This document shows, one piece after another, positions 58,145 through 64,000 of a stretch of 64,000 nt of DNA; positions within the stretch are counted from its first letter, which is position 1; each line of letters begins with the position of its first letter. This stretch comes from an uncultured Pseudomonadota bacterium (lineage in GTDB: Bacteria > Pseudomonadota > Alphaproteobacteria > Rs-D84). The translations under genes and the position numbers were made by a program. The notes under the pieces were generated by a model. It saw nothing but the letters and a program-made list of their open reading frames with translations, made no database searches and was not told the origin of the DNA. The stretch is taken from positions 129,883 through 193,882 of the forward strand of contig CASFWA010000001.1 of NCBI GenBank assembly GCA_949298405.1, read 5' to 3'.

Positions 58145-58819
58145 ATGATAAATACAGATTTCTTTATTGGTGATGATTTTAAAGGGTTTGCTTTATGGAT
58201 AAAGTCTGTCGCAGAGCAAACTGATTTAGCATATGCTGCAGAATGTGCCATTGAACAAAATTTGGACTTCGTTTCTGTTGCTCCTAAATCGGTACCTGTC
58301 ATATGGCCATGGCTGGAAAATAAAAAAATAAAAATATTTGCTCGGTTTTATTTAGATGGTTCTGCTGATTCTGTTGATACTTTGTCTGAATTAACGATAA
58401 ATATTAATACTGTCTTAAAGCAGGGGGCTGATGGCGCGCAGGTGTTTATTAGATTTAAAGATTTGGATTCTTTTGTATCTCAACTATATCTAATTAGAGA
58501 TGATTTGTTCTTTAATAAAGATTTATATGTCGGTATTAATATCGCAGATATAGGACCTTTTGATTGGGATGATGTTTGGAAGAATTTAAGTAAAATTCAT
58601 GCAACTGGGCTAATACTTGCATTGCCTATGGATAATGGAGATAAATCCGATTTTGTTGGACGTATATATTCTGCACTTGAATCTTGGAATAAAAATTATG
58701 ATTTTAATTTACATTTTGCCTTGGGGGAAAATCCTTTGCGGATAGAGCAAACTAAGCGTTTGATGCAATCAATGCAACCAGATTTGGTTGATAAAATAAG
58801 ATTCTTTATCAATGTTTAA
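58145..58819 (+). CDS. Hypothetical protein, possibly a degenerate DeoC-like TIM barrel
   Basis: FVSVAP and VLKQGADGAQV loosely echo DeoC (VCVxP; GADEIDMV); no catalytic Lys motif seen. Confidence 0.4.
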   Translation: MINTDFFIGDDFKGFALWIKSVAEQTDLAYAAECAIEQNLDFVSVAPKSVPVIWPWLENKKIKIFARFYLDGSADSVDTLSELTININTVLKQGADGAQVFIRFKDLDSFVSQLYLIRDDLFFNKDLYVGINIADIGPFDWDDVWKNLSKIHATGLILALPMDNGDKSDFVGRIYSALESWNKNYDFNLHFALGENPLRIEQTKRLMQSMQPDLVDKIRFFINV

Positions 58820-59448
58820 TTTTTTATTACTAGATATTTGGGGTGGGTTGTGCCCGCCTTGTTTTTGTGTTGATACCTAGTTTCTATGGTTGGTAGGTCG
58901 GGTGTTTGTACCTTTAAATTCGTCTTTTTTAATTCTTCTAGTATCCAATCATAATATTCCCAATGGTCTGTGCCTATTATTATCTCGCCATTATCGGTTA
59001 AATGATTGGAAAGGTTTTTGATAAATTCTGCATGTAATAATCTGCGCTTCTCGTGTTTTGCTTTTGGCCATGGGTCAGGATGTAATATCCAAATTTGTTC
59101 AAACTTCGAATCGGTATTCCTTAGAAAATCGCGAACGTCATCAGCAAAAATACGAATGTTTTTATATTCTGGGCGAACAGAATTTGTTTCATCTGTAATC
59201 GCAGATAATAATGACGCAACGCCATTCATAAAAGGTTCTGCACCAATTACCGTTTTGCCAGGATTGTTTTCTGCAAGTTCACGAAGATGCTCGCCAGCAC
59301 CAAAGCCTATTTCTAGGATATTTAGTTCGTTTTCCGATTCGTTTTTAGGTAATAGGGTTGGCAAAATATTATCCAGCAGCCATTGTTGACGTGCAGATAG
59401 TTTTTTTCCATGCCTGCGACCAAATGTTCTTATTTCTTGTTTTTCCAT
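58816..59448 (-). CDS. trmB: tRNA (guanine-N7)-methyltransferase
   Basis: RTFGRR, LEIGFGAGEHL, GAEPFMNG, HPDPWPKAKHEKRRL, TD, TRY; start ATG 59448. Confidence 0.94.
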   Translation of the reverse strand: MEKQEIRTFGRRHGKKLSARQQWLLDNILPTLLPKNESENELNILEIGFGAGEHLRELAENNPGKTVIGAEPFMNGVASLLSAITDETNSVRPEYKNIRIFADDVRDFLRNTDSKFEQIWILHPDPWPKAKHEKRRLLHAEFIKNLSNHLTDNGEIIIGTDHWEYYDWILEELKKTNLKVQTPDLPTIETRYQHKNKAGTTHPKYLVIKN

Positions 59449-59493
59449 ATAATTAGTATAAAATTCGAAAAATAAGAATACAAGGAAATATAA

Positions 59494-60042
59494 ATGATTG
59501 AGTTTCCAAATGTCATAAATTGTGATGGTTTTAATCTTGAAAAAGTTGAACCTTCTTTTGATGTGGCGAAGTACTTGTTTAATATCGTTGATTCGCAACG
59601 GGAATATCTTGGTAAGTGGCTTATATGGGTTGAAAAATCAAATAAACCAGAAGATATGTATGACCATTTAAATAAAGCGTCTAAAACTAATAATGGAAGT
59701 TATTATATTGTCCTAGACGGTAAAATCATTGGTAGTGTTGGTTTGGGAATTATATCAGAAACACATAAAATTGGTGAAATAGGATACTGGCTATCAAAAG
59801 ATTATAACGGTCGCGGGATAATGACTAACGCAGTTAAAACGTTGAGTGATTTCGGATTTAATACTTTGGGTTTAGATAGAATAGAAATTCTTGTGGATAC
59901 AGAAAACCGTGCTTCACAGGCTGTTGCGGAAAGGGCAGGGTTTGAAAAAGAAAGTGTATCAAGACATTCTTTTATTCTGCATGGTAAATCTCGTGATAAT
60001 ATAGTTTTTGTGAAATTTAGAAAGGGTTTAGAAAATGCGTAA
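59494..60042 (+). CDS. GNAT N-acetyltransferase (RimJ/RimL family)
   Basis: EIGYWL...GRGIMT, NRASQAVAERAGF..E. Confidence 0.9.
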   Translation: MIEFPNVINCDGFNLEKVEPSFDVAKYLFNIVDSQREYLGKWLIWVEKSNKPEDMYDHLNKASKTNNGSYYIVLDGKIIGSVGLGIISETHKIGEIGYWLSKDYNGRGIMTNAVKTLSDFGFNTLGLDRIEILVDTENRASQAVAERAGFEKESVSRHSFILHGKSRDNIVFVKFRKGLENA

Positions 60043-61615
60043 TGGTTTAAGTAAAGATTTAATTGTTCGTGTGTTGGGTGCAGAACCTAAATATACTTTG
60101 GCAGAATTGGAAGAAAAATATCCATTGCGTGATTTGCCAGATGGTGCGTTTGTGACGCGTTTCGCGCCAAGTCCGACAGGCTATATGCACATTGGGGGTC
60201 TGTATCAGGCCTTGGTTGATTGTAAGTTAGCACAGCAAACTGGAGGCGTTTTTATGCTGCGCATAGAAGATACGGATACAAAACGTGAAGTCGCAGATGC
60301 TGTTAAAATTATCGAAGATTCTATGCATAGATTTGGTCTTCAATATAATAAGGATGAAAAATATGCACCTTATTATCAATCTAAGCGTAAAGATATTTAT
60401 CACAGTGTCGCAGCAGATTTATTGGCACGTGGCTTGGCATATCCTTGCTTTTTGACTGCGGAAGACATGGAAAAAATACGCGAAAATCAAAAAGCAGCAG
60501 GTTTTGCAACTGGTATATACGGTGAATTTGCTCGTGATCGCAATTTAACAGAAGAAGAAATAATTGCGCACTTGGATAACGGTGAAGTACCGACGATTCG
60601 TTTGTATTCAATGGGTAACCCTGAAAATCGTATCTTCTGTAAAGATGCTGTTCGCGGTTCAATAGGTTTTCCAGAAAACAATGAAGATATTGTTTTAATT
60701 AAATCTAATGATGGACTTCCTACTTATCATTTTGCACATTTATGTGATGACCACTTTATGCGTACAACACATGTTGTTCGTGGTGAAGAATGGTTGCCTT
60801 CTTTCCCGTTGCATGTGCAATTATTCCGTATGATGGGGTGGCAGACACCTATGTATATTCATACATCTACTATTGATAAAATCGATTCGGAAACAGGTAA
60901 ACAACGTAAATTGTCAAAACGCCATGATCCAGAAGCAAATGTTGCATTCTTCTTGGCAGACGGTTGGCCAACAGAAGCGGTTTTAGAATATCTTGGAAAT
61001 ATCGCTGCGTCTGGTTACGAAGAAGCAAAAATGAAAGGGCAGGTTAAATCTATCTGGGAATATGAAATGCGCCCAAAGAAAATATCTATGTCTGGCGCGC
61101 TGTTTGATATGAAAAAGTTAGAATGGTGGGCAAAAGAATTTATTGCTTCTTTACCTGTTGATGAGTTAGTAAAACGTGTTCGTGATTGGGCGGATGAATA
61201 TGATGCTGTATGGGCAGCAAGAATCGCAGATAAGCCAGAATACTTAAAAAATATTTTGGCAATTGAACGCGATAATCCAAAACGCATTCGGAAAGACTTT
61301 ATTACTTGGAAACAAACTTTACAGGAAGTTGCTTATTTCTGGGATGATTTGTTTGTGCCTAATACGGAATATGTTTATAACAAAGATGTTTTATCTGCTT
61401 TCTTAGAAACTTTTAATGTGTCAGATGATAAAGACACTTGGTGGAACAAAATTGTCGCCATTGCTACAGAAAAAGGTGTTAAAAATGGTGACGTGGCGAT
61501 GAATTTGCGTGTCGCATTGACAGGACGCACAAATACACCCGACTTATATTCTATTATGCATGTAATGGGTGAAGAAAAAGTTATTGAACGTATAAAGGGC
61601 GCTATAAATGGTTAA
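60035..61615 (+). CDS. gltX: Glutamate--tRNA ligase
   Basis: TRFAPSPTGYMHIGG, LRIEDTD, PTYHFA..DDH.M..THVVRGEEW, KLSKR, LRVALTG. Confidence 0.96.
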   Translation: MRNGLSKDLIVRVLGAEPKYTLAELEEKYPLRDLPDGAFVTRFAPSPTGYMHIGGLYQALVDCKLAQQTGGVFMLRIEDTDTKREVADAVKIIEDSMHRFGLQYNKDEKYAPYYQSKRKDIYHSVAADLLARGLAYPCFLTAEDMEKIRENQKAAGFATGIYGEFARDRNLTEEEIIAHLDNGEVPTIRLYSMGNPENRIFCKDAVRGSIGFPENNEDIVLIKSNDGLPTYHFAHLCDDHFMRTTHVVRGEEWLPSFPLHVQLFRMMGWQTPMYIHTSTIDKIDSETGKQRKLSKRHDPEANVAFFLADGWPTEAVLEYLGNIAASGYEEAKMKGQVKSIWEYEMRPKKISMSGALFDMKKLEWWAKEFIASLPVDELVKRVRDWADEYDAVWAARIADKPEYLKNILAIERDNPKRIRKDFITWKQTLQEVAYFWDDLFVPNTEYVYNKDVLSAFLETFNVSDDKDTWWNKIVAIATEKGVKNGDVAMNLRVALTGRTNTPDLYSIMHVMGEEKVIERIKGAING

Positions 61616-62354
61616 AACAAAAAAAGTAGTTCGTGCAAAATTGAAAGCGTTAAAGTCCGATTCTAGGGGCAGTAGATTACTTAGAATTTTGCAGGCAACA
61701 GGATTGTTCCGTTGGGAAAGACCTTCTACTAAATCAGAAGAAGTTTTGAATATTCTAACGCATGGTATAGGTATAGGTTTGGCAATTGCAGGACTTACAT
61801 TGTTAGTCGTATTTGCTGCGCTGGCAGGTAATGCTTGGGCTATTGTATCTTGTGCTATATTCGGTCTGACAATGTTCACATTATATTTTGGTTCGACTAT
61901 GTGTCATGCAACAATCGGGCAAAAAAGTGAGTGCTTTTTTGAAGTGTGGGATAGTGTCGCGATATATGCTTTGATTGCAGGTACTTATACCCCGTTCTTG
62001 TTAGTTAATTTACGCGGGTGGACTGGTTGGACTGTGTTCGGAATACTGTGGGCAATCGTTATATTCGGCGCAATTATGAAAATCAGAAACCCAAGACAGC
62101 AACCAAAATGGATGGTCGCTTTATACCTTGTTATGGGGTGGACTTTGATATTTATTTTGCCTGCGATGCTTAGAAATATTCCAGCACGTGGATTGTGGTT
62201 CATTCTGGCTGGCGGATTGTCTTACTCTTTGGGGGTTATATTCTATCTGTGGCGTAAAATGAAATACTCGCACGCAATATGGCATCTGTTCGTTATAGGA
62301 GGAAGTGTATGTTTCTTCTTCGCCGTATTGTTCGGGTGCATTATCGATTTTTAA
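61608..62354 (+). CDS. Hemolysin III/PAQR family membrane protein
   Basis: EE.LN.LTH, IAGTYTPF, YLVMGW, GG..Y..G..FY, HAIWHLFV. Confidence 0.92.
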   Translation: MVKTKKVVRAKLKALKSDSRGSRLLRILQATGLFRWERPSTKSEEVLNILTHGIGIGLAIAGLTLLVVFAALAGNAWAIVSCAIFGLTMFTLYFGSTMCHATIGQKSECFFEVWDSVAIYALIAGTYTPFLLVNLRGWTGWTVFGILWAIVIFGAIMKIRNPRQQPKWMVALYLVMGWTLIFILPAMLRNIPARGLWFILAGGLSYSLGVIFYLWRKMKYSHAIWHLFVIGGSVCFFFAVLFGCIIDF

Positions 62355-62365
62355 GTCTTATAAAG

Positions 62366-62394
62366 TTGACTTATTTTAATAATAGTATTAATAT
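62366..62394 (+). promoter_or_regulatory. Promoter of the thrS leader
   Basis: TTGACT-17 bp-TAATAT, 10 nt before the leader ATG. Confidence 0.65.
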
Positions 62395-62404
62395 ATTTGT
62401 CAGC

Positions 62405-62461
62405 ATGATAAAAAATATATTGTTCTTCATTACAACTACAACAACCCCTTTGGGGGTGTAG
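62405..62461 (+). CDS. Putative thrS leader peptide MIKNILFFITTTTTPLGV (18 aa)
   Basis: uORF with five tandem Thr codons (ACA ACT ACA ACA ACC) ending 83 nt upstream of thrS; homologous to the serS uORF. Confidence 0.88.
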   Translation: MIKNILFFITTTTTPLGV

Positions 62462-62544
62462 TTTCTATTTGCGATTTCTTCGCACAGTGCAATAATCAAA
62501 ATAATCTATAAGTTTTAATTTATAAAAAAATAAAGGTTTTTATT

Positions 62545-64000
62545 ATGTCTTATCCAATTGAAACGATACGTCATTCTTTGGCTCATGTTATGGCAGCAGC
62601 AGTGAAAAATTTGTATCCAGATGTTAAATTTGCTGGGGGGCCTGCTATTGAAAATGGTTTTTATTATGATTTTGATACAGAACATCGCTTTTCAGAAGAA
62701 GACTTTGAAAAAATAGAAAAAGAAATGCGTGACTTAATCAAGTCTAATGGCAGATTCGAACAAAGAAACATTGATTTAAATGAAGCCAAAGAAATCTTTG
62801 CAAATCAACCTTATAAAATGGAATGGTTAAATGAATATGATGCCGCAGGTGAGGCTCTGTCTATTTATACGTTCCGCGATTTCGTAGATTTGTGTCGTGG
62901 ACCGCATGTTGAAAGTTCAAAAGATTTACCTCGTGACGGTTTTAAAATTCGTAATGTCGCAGGTGCTTATTGGAAAGGCGATTCCAAAAATAAAATGTTG
63001 CAACGTATTTATGTAGATGCGTTTGCAAGCAAGGAAGAACTGGACCAGCATTTGAAAAATATGGAAGAAGCGGCTGCGCGTGATAACCGTAAACTTGGTA
63101 AAGATATGGACTTGTTCCATTTTGAACCAGATTATGCGCCAGGTGCTGTGTTCTGGCATGATAAGGGATATAAGATTTATCGTAAATTGATTGAATATAT
63201 CCGTGGTCGTCAGGAAAAAGCAGGGTACTTAGAAATTTCTACACCGGCTGTTATGGATCGCTCTTTGTGGGAACGTAGCGGTCACTGGGCAAAGTACGGT
63301 GAACATAATTATTCTGGAAAAACGCAAGACGGTAAAACGTTCTGTGTAAAGCCTATGTCTTGCCCTGGTGGAATGCTTGTGTTTGGTCAGGGGATTAAGT
63401 CTTATAAAGATTTACCTATGTATTTGGCTGAATTCGGAAAAGTAAATCGTTATGAAGCGGCAGGCGGTTTGTCTGGATTAATGCGCGTTCGTGAATTTAC
63501 TCAAGATGATGCACATATCTTTTGCACAGAAGAACAGTTAGAAGAAGAAGTTGTTAAAATACTGCGCTTCATTAAAGATATTTATGGCAAGTTCGGGTTT
63601 GATAAGATATCCATGAAACTTGCAACACGTAAAGAATCTGAATTCCGTATCGGTTCTGATGAAGTTTGGGATAAAGCAGAAGGCGCTTTAAAGCATGCTT
63701 TGGATGCAAATGGTATCGAGTATGAAATTGCAGAAGGTGATGCCGCTTTCTATGGGCCAAAAATTGATAACTATTTGAAAGATTCTATGGGGCGCACTTG
63801 GCAGTGTGGTACGGTTCAGTTGGATATGAATTTGCCTGAACGCTTTGATTTGTCCTATATCGGTGAAGATGGTGAAAAACATCGTCCGATTATGCTGCAT
63901 CGTGCTATGTTGGGCTCTATTGAACGTTTTATGGGAATCTTGTTGGAATCAACAGGCGGAAATCTTCCTTTGTGGTTGTCGCCAGAACCTGTTGTCGTGA
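62545..64000 (+). CDS. thrS: Threonine--tRNA ligase, 5' part (runs off window end; short form lacking the N-terminal TGS domain)
   Basis: Hand translation MSYPIETIRHSLAHVMAAAV..GPAIENGFYYDFD, DLCRGPH, GAYW, KPMSCP, GLMRVREFTQDDAH, MLHRA. Confidence 0.97.
   Translation, partial: MSYPIETIRHSLAHVMAAAVKNLYPDVKFAGGPAIENGFYYDFDTEHRFSEEDFEKIEKEMRDLIKSNGRFEQRNIDLNEAKEIFANQPYKMEWLNEYDAAGEALSIYTFRDFVDLCRGPHVESSKDLPRDGFKIRNVAGAYWKGDSKNKMLQRIYVDAFASKEELDQHLKNMEEAAARDNRKLGKDMDLFHFEPDYAPGAVFWHDKGYKIYRKLIEYIRGRQEKAGYLEISTPAVMDRSLWERSGHWAKYGEHNYSGKTQDGKTFCVKPMSCPGGMLVFGQGIKSYKDLPMYLAEFGKVNRYEAAGGLSGLMRVREFTQDDAHIFCTEEQLEEEVVKILRFIKDIYGKFGFDKISMKLATRKESEFRIGSDEVWDKAEGALKHALDANGIEYEIAEGDAAFYGPKIDNYLKDSMGRTWQCGTVQLDMNLPERFDLSYIGEDGEKHRPIMLHRAMLGSIERFMGILLESTGGNLPLWLSPEPVVV

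Noticed and set aside
59449-60034. Glu-codon leader for gltX
   Set aside because: gltX overlaps the upstream GNAT gene, and the 45-bp divergent gap before that gene holds no uORF
62279-62404. 60-aa ORF 62279-62461 from the track as a full-length gene
   Set aside because: Its 5' part overlaps the hemolysin III gene out of frame and spans the predicted promoter; only the last 18 codons from ATG 62405 are credible
1-64000. CRISPR array, IS/transposase, rRNA, T-box or known riboswitch
   Set aside because: No regularly spaced direct repeats, transposase ORFs or rRNA-like sequence seen; intergenic regions are short and lack T-box motifs by eye (an Rfam scan was not run)

Overview
AT-rich, gene-dense chromosomal window from a streamlined alphaproteobacterium. 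MucR/Ros, alpha-type AddB, SecB, LolCD, LptG and Lnt point to a Gram-negative alphaproteobacterium. An uncultured lineage such as Rs-D84/Ca. Enterousia is my inference only. Content is mostly housekeeping: ftsA/ftsQ, lolCD, argS, rsmI, engB, addB, xth, mnmE, ruvA/ruvC, yebC, mltA, secB, recA, typA, serS, trxB, xerD, greA, mutL, yajC-secDF, ftsK, fabD, rarA, trmB, gltX and partial thrS. There is also a glycosyltransferase cluster and several orphan or secreted proteins. I saw no CRISPR array, rRNA or IS element. The main discovery is two homologous, unannotated, nearly leaderless leader-peptide cassettes, one upstream of serS (MIKEYYFF-SSYSS-PFGVRFNY) and one upstream of thrS (MIKNILFFI-TTTTT-PLGV). 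They share promoter spacing, a CCCC-TTTN-GGGG hairpin and a second GCGA...TCGC hairpin, and neither has an intrinsic terminator. This is a candidate modular ribosome-sensing attenuation system for aminoacyl-tRNA synthetases. Other oddities are a fused and truncated tRNA-Gly/tRNA-Tyr, a YbeY-Lnt fusion, an orphan lipoprotein secretin, a pseudo-S41 protease, a lysozyme-TPR protein with a G9 tract, a degenerate HNH/SUKH-like operon, and frequent leaderless promoters.
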